A DNA stretch of 64,000 nt from Thermoplasmata archaeon (GCA_046758325.1 JBHHZZ010000005.1:150-64149), one strand, 5' to 3'; shown: positions 18,810 through 28,826, counted from the first letter of the stretch. Notes: generated by a model from the letters alone, not told the origin. Numbers and translations are program-made.

Positions 18810-19196
18810 ATGGCTTGGGAACAGGCAGAAGTCAGGGGGCTGAAGCCGAACCGCTATGTGATGATCGGCGACGAGCCCTGCAGGATCATCAACATTACGA
18901 CCAGCAGGCCCGGGAAGCATGGTGAGGCGAAGGCCAGGATAGAGGCCTTCGGGCTCTTTGACGGACAGAAGAGGAGTATGGTGCATCCCGTCACCCACAA
19001 GGTCCGGGTTCCTATCATCGATCGCCGGAAGGCCCAGGTCCTCACTGTAATGGACGACGAGGTCCAGCTCATGGACCTGGAGAACTACGAGACGTTCGAG
19101 CTCCCTATCCCGGAGGGCTTCGACATCAATCTGGAGCCGGGGAAGGAGATCCACTACCTGGTGGCCATGGGAAGGCGGAAGCTCACGAGGCCCTAG
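18810..19196 (+). CDS. eif5a: translation initiation factor 5A (aIF-5A)
   Basis: Hypusine-loop motif 'SRPGKHGEAKARIE' and OB-fold C-terminus. Confidence 0.85.
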   Translation: MAWEQAEVRGLKPNRYVMIGDEPCRIINITTSRPGKHGEAKARIEAFGLFDGQKRSMVHPVTHKVRVPIIDRRKAQVLTVMDDEVQLMDLENYETFELPIPEGFDINLEPGKEIHYLVAMGRRKLTRP

Positions 19197-19201
19197 TCTC
19201 C

Positions 19202-20059
19202 ATGGCGATCGAAAACCTCCTCTTTGCCGATGCCTCCTCCGACGCCGAGGGAAGCCGCGTAGCCATCTTCGGGGTGCCTTTTGACGGGACATCGAGCTAT
19301 CGGGGGGGCTCCCGCTTCGCGCCGAACGCCATTCGCCAGGCCTCCTACAACTTCGAGACCTACCACATGGATTTGGGCGTGGATCTGCAGGACCTTAGCT
19401 TCTGCGATCTTGGCAACCTGGATGAGTTCGGCGCCTCTAGGGCCATGGTCCAGGGGGTGGAGGCCTTCGCCAAGTCCGTGGCATCCCAGAGGAAGCTGAC
19501 AATCATGTTGGGAGGTGAGCACTCCATCACTCCTCCCTGTGTAAGGGCCCACGGTCGCCCAGCCTTCGTGGTTCTAGACGCTCACATGGATTTTCGGAAG
19601 TCCTACTTGGATGACAGGAACAGCCACGCCTGCGTAACCAGGCGGGTAACGGAGCACGTTGGCGTGGATCGGGCCCTCGTAGTCGGCGTCCGCTCCTATT
19701 CAAGCGAGGAAGCAGAGGCGGTGGAGGACATGGGCTTGAGTTACGTCACTTCTTCCGATATCCTAGAGGGCGGCCTGGCAAGCGTGCTGGAGGCCTTCCA
19801 GAACCTTCCTGATGACGTCTACCTGAGCCTTGACATGGACGTGGTCGACCCTGCCTACGCACCAGGTGTGGGCAACCCCGAGCCCTTCGGGGTGACGCCC
19901 CTGCACGTGAAGGAGGTCATCGGAGCCCTCGGGGACAGGATTGTGGGCTTCGACATCACCGAGGTCAGCCCCCCGTGGGACCAGGGGATTACGGCGATCC
20001 TTGCAGCCCGCTTCGTTCGCGAGTTGCTGGCTGTGCTCCAGAGGGCCGATAGGGGTTGA
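19202..20059 (+). CDS. speB: agmatinase (arginase-family ureohydrolase)
   Basis: 'GGEHSIT', 'DAHMD', 'SLDMDVVDPAYAPGVGNPEP' metal-binding motifs. Immediately downstream of aIF-5A, a known archaeal pairing. Confidence 0.85.
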   Translation: MAIENLLFADASSDAEGSRVAIFGVPFDGTSSYRGGSRFAPNAIRQASYNFETYHMDLGVDLQDLSFCDLGNLDEFGASRAMVQGVEAFAKSVASQRKLTIMLGGEHSITPPCVRAHGRPAFVVLDAHMDFRKSYLDDRNSHACVTRRVTEHVGVDRALVVGVRSYSSEEAEAVEDMGLSYVTSSDILEGGLASVLEAFQNLPDDVYLSLDMDVVDPAYAPGVGNPEPFGVTPLHVKEVIGALGDRIVGFDITEVSPPWDQGITAILAARFVRELLAVLQRADRG

Positions 20060-20127
20060 GTTTCACACCTTCTCGTCAGCGATAATGAAGGCGGAAGGTT
20101 TTCCATTGGCATCGCCGACTTGGATGC

Positions 20128-20424
20128 GTGGCCACCCTCGACCCCTATGTATTCATCCTCCTGCTCGTGGCAGGCCTCTCCTGGGTCCTCATCGTTCTCG
20201 CCTGGGCCCTGCCCCGGAGGAAAGAGGTTCCCCGTCAGAAGGGAGGCTACCGCATCGAGCACGTAGGCCTCATCGCGGGCCTAGGCTCCTTCTCCCTCAT
20301 AGCTCTCCTCATGACAGGCTTGCTCGAGGTCGACAACCCCATATTCCCCGTATCCGTAGGAGCCGTACTCATTCTCATCCTCCTCCTCGCACTGGCGGAG
20401 TACTTCTACTGGAGGGAAGCCTAG
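20128..20424 (+). CDS. small membrane protein (3 TM)
   Basis: 98 aa hydrophobic ORF. Confidence 0.4.
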   Translation: MATLDPYVFILLLVAGLSWVLIVLAWALPRRKEVPRQKGGYRIEHVGLIAGLGSFSLIALLMTGLLEVDNPIFPVSVGAVLILILLLALAEYFYWREA

Positions 20425-21035
20425 CCGTAGCCAGGGATCTCCTTCCTGCGGTGAAAGAGCTGATTCAGATCATACCTCTTGATCTCGGCCTGTAGCCGCT
20501 TGCCGAGGTCCTCCTTCCTCCTCTTTATCATCTCCAGGTCCTCCGCTTCATCAGCCACGGACTTGCGGAGTTCCTCCAGCTCGGAGGCGATGGCCCGGTC
20601 CACCTCGATGCCCGCCATGGCCAGAATGGAGATGCTGTTCATCATTATGTCCAGTTCCAGCCTTATTCGCTCCCGCTGACCCCTTCCGACCACGCTCTCA
20701 TTCACCCTATCCAGGAACTCCCTGTGACCTTGAAGCATACCTAGGATCCGCTGGACCCGCTCGCCCATGGCCAGGAGGTAGTCCTCCAGACGAAGGATCG
20801 AATCGTCCAGGTCCTTCAGAAAGCCCCGCTCCCCGACCTTGGACCTCTGGTTGATGCCCAGGGCCGCCATGAGGACCTCTTCCCTCTTTCGACGGGCCTC
20901 CATCTGCTTGGAGAGGTTCTTGAGTGCATCGCCCTGCTTCCCCAGCTTGAGGGCGAGCCTGTCCAACCGTCTTTCGGCCTTCCCAAGCTCCTTCTCCAGG
21001 GAGTAGACCCTCTCCTTCATCTCCTCCGACGGCAC
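20421..21035 (-). CDS. coiled-coil protein (PspA/ESCRT-III-like composition, unassigned)
   Basis: 204 aa, largely alpha-helical charged heptads. No diagnostic motif. Confidence 0.45.
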   Translation of the reverse strand: MPSEEMKERVYSLEKELGKAERRLDRLALKLGKQGDALKNLSKQMEARRKREEVLMAALGINQRSKVGERGFLKDLDDSILRLEDYLLAMGERVQRILGMLQGHREFLDRVNESVVGRGQRERIRLELDIMMNSISILAMAGIEVDRAIASELEELRKSVADEAEDLEMIKRRKEDLGKRLQAEIKRYDLNQLFHRRKEIPGYG

Positions 21036-21100
21036 GTGGTATCATCCTGTCAGGCCCATTAAGAAGGTTTGTCTGTGGCTATCGTGGATGAGAGCAAGCC

Positions 21101-21108
21101 TTTAATAC
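21101..21108 (+). promoter_or_regulatory. TATA-like box (TTTAATAC) 24-31 nt upstream of ATG 21132, compatible with a leaderless transcript
   Basis: AT-rich segment in an otherwise GC-rich intergenic region. Confidence 0.3.
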
Positions 21109-21131
21109 CCGTAATTGTATTACATGAAATT

Positions 21132-21647
21132 ATGGAAGCGGATGACGAAGAACGCGAAGAGGAGGAGACTACCGAGGAGGAAGGACAGGACGAAGCGGTC
21201 GGAGAGAAGGAAAAGTCCCTTGCTTCGCTGAGGGAGTCAATCCTTCAGATCGTGGACGACGCCCTGAAGGACGCCCTGGAGCTACGCAGCAAGGGTCGTG
21301 CCCTCAAGCTGACCCTCGGGGACGAGCTGGGCCGCATAAGGACGGAAATCAGGAGGGCGGTGGAGGGCACAACCGCTGGCATCTGCGCCATCGACCTGAG
21401 CACGCTCAAGGAAGGCCTGAAGGGCAGGACAAACACCCTGATGACCAGGGTCAAGGACGAGGACCTCGAGAGGATGGACCTGCTGGTGGAAGCAGGCCTC
21501 TTCGAGAGCAGGTCACAGTGCGCCGCCTTCCTCATCCACGCAGGCCTGGAGGCCAGGAAGGACCTGGTGGGAAAGGTGCAGGAGACGGCTCAGCGTATCT
21601 CTGAGCTGAAAGAGCAGCTCAGAGACGAGCTTTCGGGAGAGGCCTAG
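21132..21647 (+). CDS. acidic N-terminal region plus C-terminal ribbon-helix-helix (CopG-like) protein
   Basis: ORF 21069..21647. C-terminal 'LMTRVKDEDLERMDLLVEAGLFESRSQCAAFLIHAGLE' matches the RHH pattern. Start inferred at 21132 from promoter position. Confidence 0.45.
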   Translation: MEADDEEREEEETTEEEGQDEAVGEKEKSLASLRESILQIVDDALKDALELRSKGRALKLTLGDELGRIRTEIRRAVEGTTAGICAIDLSTLKEGLKGRTNTLMTRVKDEDLERMDLLVEAGLFESRSQCAAFLIHAGLEARKDLVGKVQETAQRISELKEQLRDELSGEA

Positions 21648-21736
21648 CTTCGATACCCTGGATTCCGAAATGGTCACAAGTTCCCACTTGCTTTAAGACA
21701 GGTAGCGAACTAGGGAGAAGGGAGGGCTAGCGGAGT

Positions 21737-22762
21737 ATGTCGGAACCCATTATCAAGATGGAGAGCCTTTCCAAGACCTTCATCAGCAAGGACAGAAAGG
21801 GCCTGCGGAGCAAGCGGAGGGAGATCCAGGCCCTCAACGACGTCGATCTAGAGATCTACGACGGCGAGATCTTCGGCCTCTTGGGGCCCAACGGGGCCGG
21901 CAAGACCACATTGATCAAGTGCCTCACCACCCTCCTCATCCCGACCAGCGGCACCGCGTGGGTCAACGGGTACAACATCATCGCCCATGAGAACCTGGTG
22001 CGGGCCTCGATAGGATGCATGCTCATGGGCGAGAGGGGCCTCTACTGGAAGCTGACGGGACGGGAGAACCTGGACTACTTTGGCGCCCTCTATCACGTGC
22101 CCAAGGTCGTGCGGCGGAAGAGAACAGAGGAGCTTTCCGCCCTCCTGAACCTGGGCGATTTCCTGGACAGGACCGTGGAGACCTACTCCTCGGGCCAGAA
22201 GATGCTCCTCGCTTTCGCCAAGGCCCTCATCAACGACGCGCCCATCCTCTTCTTGGATGAGCCGACGGTGACAATGGACGTCCCTACGGCACGGGAACTC
22301 CGAAAGATCGTCAAAGACCTGAACCAGGAAGGTCACACAATCTTCTACACCACCCACATGATGCAGGAGGCGGAGGAGCTCTGTCATCGGGTGGCCATCA
22401 TCGATCGAGGGGAGATCATTGACCTCGGGACCCCGCGGGACCTCAAGTCCTCCCTGGTGACGGAGGAGGTGATAACCCTGGAGGGGGTCATGAACGAGGA
22501 GGTCATCCAGGGGCTGAGGTCGATCCCCGGAATCAAGGCGGCCACCGTCAAGTCGGAGTCAAAGGGGAGGACGACCGTCGCCGTCATTTGCGACGATAGC
22601 CGTCGGCTGCTGTCAGAAATCATAGAGACGGTGGTGGGCAACGGAGCAACCCTGGACTTCATCAAGCCCCACGAGGTAACCCTGGAGGACGTCTTCATCG
22701 CGAAGACGGGAAGGTCCCTGAGCGTCGACACCAGCGTCGTTGCGAAGGGGGAGGAGAAGTGA
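21737..22762 (+). CDS. ABC transporter ATP-binding protein
   Basis: Walker A 'GPNGAGKTT', signature 'YSSGQKMLL', Walker B 'ILFLDEPT'. Confidence 0.85.
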   Translation: MSEPIIKMESLSKTFISKDRKGLRSKRREIQALNDVDLEIYDGEIFGLLGPNGAGKTTLIKCLTTLLIPTSGTAWVNGYNIIAHENLVRASIGCMLMGERGLYWKLTGRENLDYFGALYHVPKVVRRKRTEELSALLNLGDFLDRTVETYSSGQKMLLAFAKALINDAPILFLDEPTVTMDVPTARELRKIVKDLNQEGHTIFYTTHMMQEAEELCHRVAIIDRGEIIDLGTPRDLKSSLVTEEVITLEGVMNEEVIQGLRSIPGIKAATVKSESKGRTTVAVICDDSRRLLSEIIETVVGNGATLDFIKPHEVTLEDVFIAKTGRSLSVDTSVVAKGEEK

Positions 22763-23634
22763 GCACGGTAACCAAGGGCCTCGGCCTGTCCTTGATGTCC
22801 CGCCGGTCCAACCTCGGCATCCTCCTGACGGTCCTGAGGGCTCGATTCCTGATCATATCCCGTTATCGGGGCTCCCTCTTCCTGGAGACCCTCCTCCCCC
22901 TGGTCTTCGCCGCCCTGCCCATCTTCATCGGGGTGGCCGTGGCGGGGGGCGACGCCAGCGCGGCCCAGAACTTCCAGGAGAACGTGGGGACATCGGACTA
23001 CAAGCTGTACATGCTCCTGGGGGCCAACGTCTTCGTCGTGGTCTCCATAATGCTGTGGATCGTGGGCTTCTGGATACGAAGGGAGATGGAGATGGGGACC
23101 CTCGAATCTATCTACCTCTCGCCGGCGAAGAGGGTATACGTGGTCTCGGGCATCGCCAGCTACGCCTTCATCCGAAGCGCTATCGCCTTCGTCATCGCCT
23201 TGCTCCTCGGCTCCCTCGTCTTCGGTGTCAACCCCTTCAAGGGCGAAATCCTTCTGGCGGTCGTGTTCCTCCTCATAGGCCTCATCCCACTCTGGGGTCT
23301 GGCCTTTCTCTTCGGGGCCCTCATTTTGAAGATCAAGGAGGCCAACAGCGTCATCACCAGCCTGCAGTGGGTCATCTCCTTCCTGATGGGGGTCTTCTTC
23401 CCCATCGCCGCCTTCCCACCACTGTTGCGATACGTGGCCCTGGCCTTCCCGCCGACCTGGATTAACCAGGGGGTGAGGGCCTCTCTGCTGAACCTGTCCT
23501 ACTTCTTCGGGACCTGGTACTTCCACCTGGCGGTGGTCTTCGTCTTCGCAGCCGTGGTTCCCCTGATAGGCTACTCCGTCTTCCTGTCAACGGAGAGGAG
23601 GCTGAAGAGGAAAGAGGGGGTGGGCCAATACTGA
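22759..23634 (+). CDS. ABC-2 type transporter permease
   Basis: 291 aa, about 6 TM. Overlaps the ATPase stop by 4 nt. Confidence 0.7.
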   Translation: MSTVTKGLGLSLMSRRSNLGILLTVLRARFLIISRYRGSLFLETLLPLVFAALPIFIGVAVAGGDASAAQNFQENVGTSDYKLYMLLGANVFVVVSIMLWIVGFWIRREMEMGTLESIYLSPAKRVYVVSGIASYAFIRSAIAFVIALLLGSLVFGVNPFKGEILLAVVFLLIGLIPLWGLAFLFGALILKIKEANSVITSLQWVISFLMGVFFPIAAFPPLLRYVALAFPPTWINQGVRASLLNLSYFFGTWYFHLAVVFVFAAVVPLIGYSVFLSTERRLKRKEGVGQY

Positions 23635-23699
23635 CCACCAACAAAGGGTTCGGGCTGGCCCGTCATAGCCTCGCTCAGTCCCTGCAGACCTTCTGGGAC

Positions 23700-24494
23700 A
23701 TGTCCAAGAAGACCCTCGTGGAGTTCTCCCGCTACCCCGTGGCCTTCGTGGCCCTCTTCACCCAGATCCTGCTTATCATACTGATGTTCATGTTCGCGGC
23801 CCTGGCCTTCACGTCAGGGGAGACGGGAATCGCGCAAGGTCGGCAGATCGCGGCGGTGATGGTGTACGGCTTGATCGTCAACCTGTTCCTCAGCTTCACG
23901 TTGTGGGAGGTAGGCTTCTCCATCCGGGAGGAGCAGTTTCGCGGGACCCTGGAGTCTCTTTACCTCTCTCCCGCCAGCAGGTTCGGCAGTCTCGTCTCAC
24001 GCATTTTCGCCATACTGCTGTGGACCGCAGCAGTTTCCGCCTTCGCTGTGTTCATAGTGGCCCTCATGGTCAGAGGCCTGCCCGCGGAGAATGTTCTGCT
24101 GGCCTTTGCAGTCCTGGGACTGACCATTTCAGGGTTCCTAGGCCTCGGTTTCTTGTTCGCTGCGGTGACCATCAGGCTCAAGGAAAGCGCTCAGTTTCTG
24201 GTCACCTTCCTGCAGTTCTTCTTCATCATCTTCAGTGCCATGTTCTTCCCTTTCAGGGCGCTTCCGTCCGTCATGGTGGACTACGTCAGCCGGTGGCTGC
24301 CGGTCAGCTATTCCGTTGATGCCTTCAGGTCCCTCCTGATGGGACTGCCGTCTGGGTTTCCGGAGCTTCTGCCCCTGGACGTCGAGATCCTCATCGTGGC
24401 GATCTTCGGCCTCCTGTCTCCCCCCTTGGGTTACCTGATCTATAAGGAGGTGGAGAGGAGGGCCAGGATCCAGGGAAACCTTGGAGAGTACTGA
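23700..24494 (+). CDS. ABC-2 type transporter permease (second subunit)
   Basis: 264 aa, about 6 TM, same layout as the upstream permease. Confidence 0.7.
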   Translation: MSKKTLVEFSRYPVAFVALFTQILLIILMFMFAALAFTSGETGIAQGRQIAAVMVYGLIVNLFLSFTLWEVGFSIREEQFRGTLESLYLSPASRFGSLVSRIFAILLWTAAVSAFAVFIVALMVRGLPAENVLLAFAVLGLTISGFLGLGFLFAAVTIRLKESAQFLVTFLQFFFIIFSAMFFPFRALPSVMVDYVSRWLPVSYSVDAFRSLLMGLPSGFPELLPLDVEILIVAIFGLLSPPLGYLIYKEVERRARIQGNLGEY

Positions 24495-24530
24495 AGCCCG
24501 TGTCCAGTGGGATGACCCGAAGTGGCTGTC

Positions 24531-26954
24531 CTACCCCTCCAGGATGTGCCCCGTTTGAAGCACCTTCCGCCTCACTTCCTCCGCCACGGCCTGGTTCCGC
24601 AGGACCACCTCTATGACCTTATCGTTCGCATCGCCAGAGACTTTCTCCACACCAGGCACCTTTCCGACGGCGTCCTTGAGGGTCGTCAGGCAGCCGCTAC
24701 AGTGCATGGAGGGGACCTTGAGTCGCAAGACCTCTGCACGGGCCCCGGCCCGGCGCCCCGGCAGCACTCTCCCAAGGAAGGAGTTCAAGAGGACGGTTGT
24801 AACGCTGGCTCCCATGGCGATCATAGCCCAGACAGGATGCACGAGGCCCGTGGCTGCTGCGGGCACCCCTATACCGTTGAACAGGAAGGCCAGGGTCACG
24901 TTCTGCCTCGTCTTGTTGTAGGCCGCCTTGGCTACCTTGAAGGCATCCACCACGGCTCGCAGCCTGTCTCCAATGATGATCACGTCGGAGGACTCTATGG
25001 CGATGTCTGTACCGGCGCCTAAGGCCATACCCACGTCCGCCTGCATCAGGGCGGGGGCATCGTTGATGCCGTCGCCGACCATGACGACCCTATGGCCCCT
25101 CTCCTGCAGCTCCTGAAGGATCTCGGCCTTCTCCTGCGGGAGCACGCCGGCGTAGACCTTGCCAATGCCCACTCGCTCCGCCATGGCGACCGCCGTCCTC
25201 TCGTTATCCCCCGTTATCATGATGGGCTCCAGGCCCATTCTCCTCATGTCCTCCACGGTATTCGCCGCGTCCTCCTTCGGGAGGTCGGCAAGGGCGATGA
25301 GACCAAGCGGATGACCGTCAAGGGCCACGGCCACGACGGTCTTGGCCTCCCCTTGCAGCCTCTTTGCATCCTCCGCCAAGGACGATAGGTCGACGCCTGA
25401 GGAGATCAGGAACTCTGGCTTGCCTACCAGTGCCCTCTTCATCTGCCACAAGCCCTCCACCCCTTCACCTGGAACCGCCTTGAAATCCACCACGTCGGGG
25501 ATCTCCAGACCCTCCTCGCGGGCCCTCTCCACGATTGCCTTTCCCAGAGGGTGTTCTGAGCGGGCCTCGCATGCGGCGGCGACCTCCAGCACCCTCGCAT
25601 CGACGACGCCTTCCGCTGGGGCGAGTTCCACAACCTGAGGCCTCCCCAACGTGATGGTCCCCGTCTTGTCCAAGATCGTCACATCCGCCCTGGTGAGGGT
25701 CTGGAAAGCCTCCGAGGATCTCACGAGGATGCCCCGCTCCGCTGCCAGTCCACTTCCTCGGATCATGGCGAGGGGCGTGGCCATGCCCAAGGCACAAGGG
25801 TAGCCCATCACGAGGACTGCTAGCATGGCGAAAATGGCCCGGACGTAGTCAGCCTCGCCAAACAGAAGGGCCAAGCCGACGGTCCAGATGAGGAGGCTGG
25901 CGCCCCCCATGAGGACGACCCAGGGGACGTAGTATTTGAGGACCCTGTCCACCAGCTGGAGGATGCCCGGCTTGAGGGCCCTGGCCTCTTCCACGTATCG
26001 GGCCACCCGTCGGAGAAATGAATCCTCTCCCACTCTGGTCACCTTGATGAGGAGAGTACCTTCCTGGTTGAGGGAGCCGCCAATCACCTCTTCCCCCGGC
26101 CGGACCTCCACCGGGAGGGACTCCCCCGTAACGATGGACTGATCCACGCTGGAAGCTCCCTCCATAACGACGCCGTCAACCGGCAGCTGTTGCCCCGGGA
26201 CCACCCTCACGAGCTCACCCGCCTCCACCTCCTCCACAGCTACCTCCACCTCCCTTCCATCTCTCAGGACCGTGGCGGTCTGAGGCTGCAGGTCCAAGAG
26301 CCTCCTCACCGCGCGGGAGGACTGGGTCCTCACGTGGAGGGAGGCGTATCCAGAGGCCACGTGATACGTGGTAATGAAGACGGAGACGGCCAGAAAATCC
26401 AGGACGGGGAACCGCTGGTAGACGAATCCCAGGAGCCCTCCAGCGAGGCCAGCAAAGGCGCCGAACTCCAACAGGTTGTGCTGGTTGAGGATGCCTCTGC
26501 GGAGGGAGTGCCAGGCCATCTGCTTGATGTGCCATCCGGGACCGAACATGGTGTAGAGGGCCAGGGCTAGCATGGCCCATGGGTACCAGACCTGCCTCAC
26601 GCCCAGCCACATGCTCATCATCAGGGTGGCGGCAGCGATGGTGGCGGCAGTCGCAGAGATCAGCTTTCTTCTCGCTTCCCCCAGCTCCGCCGCCTCCTCC
26701 TCGAAGGTCCTCACCTTGGCGGGGTCCCGAATCACATATCCCAGCTCCGTCAGCCTCCTCCTGACGTCGTCGGCCTCCACAAGTTCAGGGAGGTACTCCA
26801 CCAGCGCCTCCTCGTGGGAGAGGCTGACGGAGACCCTCCGTATGCCGGGCAGTCTGACCAGAGCTTTCCGAATGGTCTCAGCGCAGAAGGAGCAGGACAT
26901 GCCACCGATCTTCAGGTGTAGCTTCTCCGCAGCAGCCAACGCTATAGCCCCCAC
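24531..26954 (-). CDS. copA: heavy-metal (Cu+-type) P1B-type ATPase with N- and C-terminal HMA domains
   Basis: N-terminal HMA 'GMSCSFC', DKTGT, 'GDGINDAP', C-terminal HMA 'MHCSGC'. The TM6 motif reads YPC, not CPC. GTG start. Confidence 0.9.
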   Translation of the reverse strand: MGAIALAAAEKLHLKIGGMSCSFCAETIRKALVRLPGIRRVSVSLSHEEALVEYLPELVEADDVRRRLTELGYVIRDPAKVRTFEEEAAELGEARRKLISATAATIAAATLMMSMWLGVRQVWYPWAMLALALYTMFGPGWHIKQMAWHSLRRGILNQHNLLEFGAFAGLAGGLLGFVYQRFPVLDFLAVSVFITTYHVASGYASLHVRTQSSRAVRRLLDLQPQTATVLRDGREVEVAVEEVEAGELVRVVPGQQLPVDGVVMEGASSVDQSIVTGESLPVEVRPGEEVIGGSLNQEGTLLIKVTRVGEDSFLRRVARYVEEARALKPGILQLVDRVLKYYVPWVVLMGGASLLIWTVGLALLFGEADYVRAIFAMLAVLVMGYPCALGMATPLAMIRGSGLAAERGILVRSSEAFQTLTRADVTILDKTGTITLGRPQVVELAPAEGVVDARVLEVAAACEARSEHPLGKAIVERAREEGLEIPDVVDFKAVPGEGVEGLWQMKRALVGKPEFLISSGVDLSSLAEDAKRLQGEAKTVVAVALDGHPLGLIALADLPKEDAANTVEDMRRMGLEPIMITGDNERTAVAMAERVGIGKVYAGVLPQEKAEILQELQERGHRVVMVGDGINDAPALMQADVGMALGAGTDIAIESSDVIIIGDRLRAVVDAFKVAKAAYNKTRQNVTLAFLFNGIGVPAAATGLVHPVWAMIAMGASVTTVLLNSFLGRVLPGRRAGARAEVLRLKVPSMHCSGCLTTLKDAVGKVPGVEKVSGDANDKVIEVVLRNQAVAEEVRRKVLQTGHILEG

Positions 26955-27000
26955 ATGGTTGCAGTAAATACTATATCCCCGGAAGTACTAATAGTATCCA

Positions 27001-27390
27001 GTGGAAAGTATGGAAGAAACTTCCCCCTCAGGAAGCGCCGGAATGGTCGGCAGCTGTCCGCTGGTTAAGGAACCGGGGGACCTGTGCCCCCATATCCTGC
27101 AGGGCGTCATCAGCTCCGTGGGGAGGAACTGGACCATTCTCATTCTGGTGACCCTCGGCAACTTCGGAACGCTTCGCTTCCACGAGCTACAGGGCAAGCT
27201 CGGCCGCATTAGCCCGAAAACCCTCTCCGCGCGACTGAAGGAGATGGAGAGGGCCCGCTTCATCGACCGGAAGAGCTTCGCCGAGGTGCCGCCCAGGGTA
27301 GAATACTCCCTGACCCACGAGGGGAGAGATCTGGTCAAGGCCCTGAAACCTCTCATACGATGGGCCGACAGGGTTGCCCATGCTCGTTGA
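27001..27390 (+). CDS. HxlR (DUF24) family transcriptional regulator
   Basis: 'VGRNWTILILVTL...RFHELQGKLGRISPKTLSARLKEME...PPRVEYSLT'. Divergent from copA, with a 46-bp spacer. Confidence 0.75.
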   Translation: MESMEETSPSGSAGMVGSCPLVKEPGDLCPHILQGVISSVGRNWTILILVTLGNFGTLRFHELQGKLGRISPKTLSARLKEMERARFIDRKSFAEVPPRVEYSLTHEGRDLVKALKPLIRWADRVAHAR

Positions 27391-27467
27391 GCACTCAAGG
27401 GGATTCGCGTCGAGACAAGGGATTTATCACGACAGAAGGCCATGCGCGCGGCAGGAGTGAGGCGGAT

Positions 27468-28244
27468 ATGAAGGTGGAGGAGGTCACCGCCAAGCACAAG
27501 GAATTCATGGGGTATCTCGCCTCCGATCCCCTCAGGAACACGTTTGCCCTCTACGACCTGACGGAGGAGGGGGAGAGGGTGAGGTGTTACGCGGCCTCGA
27601 GGGAGGGGGCCTTCCGGGGTTACATTCTCCTCTGGCACGGTGCTGAATATCCGTCCGTCATCCTTCACGGGAGTCAAGAGGCGGCCCATGAGCTGCTCCC
27701 GAGGGCGCCAATGGAGAGCTGCACCTTTCTCGTGAATCCTCCCCTGCGTAGCTGCGTGGAGGAGACCCGTCGGATTACGGCTCACCACGTGATGGACGTG
27801 ATGGCGGTGGACAGGGACGGCGCTCGACTGCCGGATGTGAAGAAGGCCCGACGTCTCCAGCCGTGGGACGCCGCCGGTTTGGCCGCTCTCTACAACGAAA
27901 TCGGTCAAGGCGGCCGCGACTACGAGACCTGGATTAGCCGGGGCATCGCCTATGGCATCTTTGAATCCAATCGGCTAGTTTCCGTGGCAGGCACCCATGT
28001 GCTGTCGAAGGACCTCTGCTTGGTCGGAGGGGTGTACACCTCCAGGGATGCCAGGATGCGGGGCTACGCTGCTGAAGTGACGGTCGCCGTCACCCGACAC
28101 GCCCTCCGACAGGTCCCCACCGTCTCCCTCCTGGTAGTCTCCATCAACAAGGTCGCCATCCGGCTGTACGAGAAGCTGGGCTATCGGAAGGTGATGGAGT
28201 GGGTATGGATGGACGTGGGGACAGGAAGGAGACCTTTGATGTGA
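27468..28244 (+). CDS. GNAT-family acetyltransferase
   Basis: C-terminal 'RMRGYAAEVTVAV...IRLYEKLGY' GNAT motifs. Start chosen at MKVEEV. Confidence 0.55.
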   Translation: MKVEEVTAKHKEFMGYLASDPLRNTFALYDLTEEGERVRCYAASREGAFRGYILLWHGAEYPSVILHGSQEAAHELLPRAPMESCTFLVNPPLRSCVEETRRITAHHVMDVMAVDRDGARLPDVKKARRLQPWDAAGLAALYNEIGQGGRDYETWISRGIAYGIFESNRLVSVAGTHVLSKDLCLVGGVYTSRDARMRGYAAEVTVAVTRHALRQVPTVSLLVVSINKVAIRLYEKLGYRKVMEWVWMDVGTGRRPLM

Positions 28245-28322
28245 GGGCCGTCACCACCCTTTCAGCGGGCCCTCGAGACCCAGGGAAGCGCCTGACTCTG
28301 AGCGCCGCACTGCCGGGCCTCC

Positions 28323-28784
28323 TCAGGGGCCTGGAGTGGGCATCAATCTATGAGGAGGCTGCCACACCAACCCGAGGATGGCACCTACGAACATCAATAG
28401 GGAGCCTATGACGAAGCCCCAGAAGGTGGGGAAGCCCAGGATGGCTACGAGGAGGATTATGACGGAGCCGACCCGCACCCTGTCCACGGAGGCACTGTTC
28501 ATCATGGAGACCCCGACGACTCCGAGGGCCACAATGATGAGGCCCGCCACGACCCAGAGCAGGAACCATGTCAACATGGCGACCATGAAACCGGGACCTG
28601 TGCTCGGAAAGCCGCTGGTCACTGCACCTGAGAGTAGGGTCGCGACGATGATTATGACGGCGAAGGCGGCTATGTGGAAGGCGAGGCCAATAGTGCTCAG
28701 AACGAGGGCCCCCGAGGGCCGATCCTCCCCGTTCATGAGGGGGGATGCCCTCGAAAATATAAGTGATGTGGGTTCCATCGACAA
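28323..28784 (-). CDS. hypothetical membrane protein (4 TM)
   Basis: Hydrophobic 153-aa ORF. Overlapping frames look like translation artefacts. Confidence 0.4.
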   Translation of the reverse strand: MSMEPTSLIFSRASPLMNGEDRPSGALVLSTIGLAFHIAAFAVIIIVATLLSGAVTSGFPSTGPGFMVAMLTWFLLWVVAGLIIVALGVVGVSMMNSASVDRVRVGSVIILLVAILGFPTFWGFVIGSLLMFVGAILGLVWQPPHRLMPTPGP

Positions 28785-28826
28785 TCTGGAAAATCATTAT
28801 AAGGAGCCCCACCTTGTTACAAAGGA

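Noticed and set aside
18810-20059. aIF-5A immediately followed by agmatinase
   Set aside because: A known conserved archaeal pairing linking polyamine/hypusine metabolism to aIF5A; not novel.
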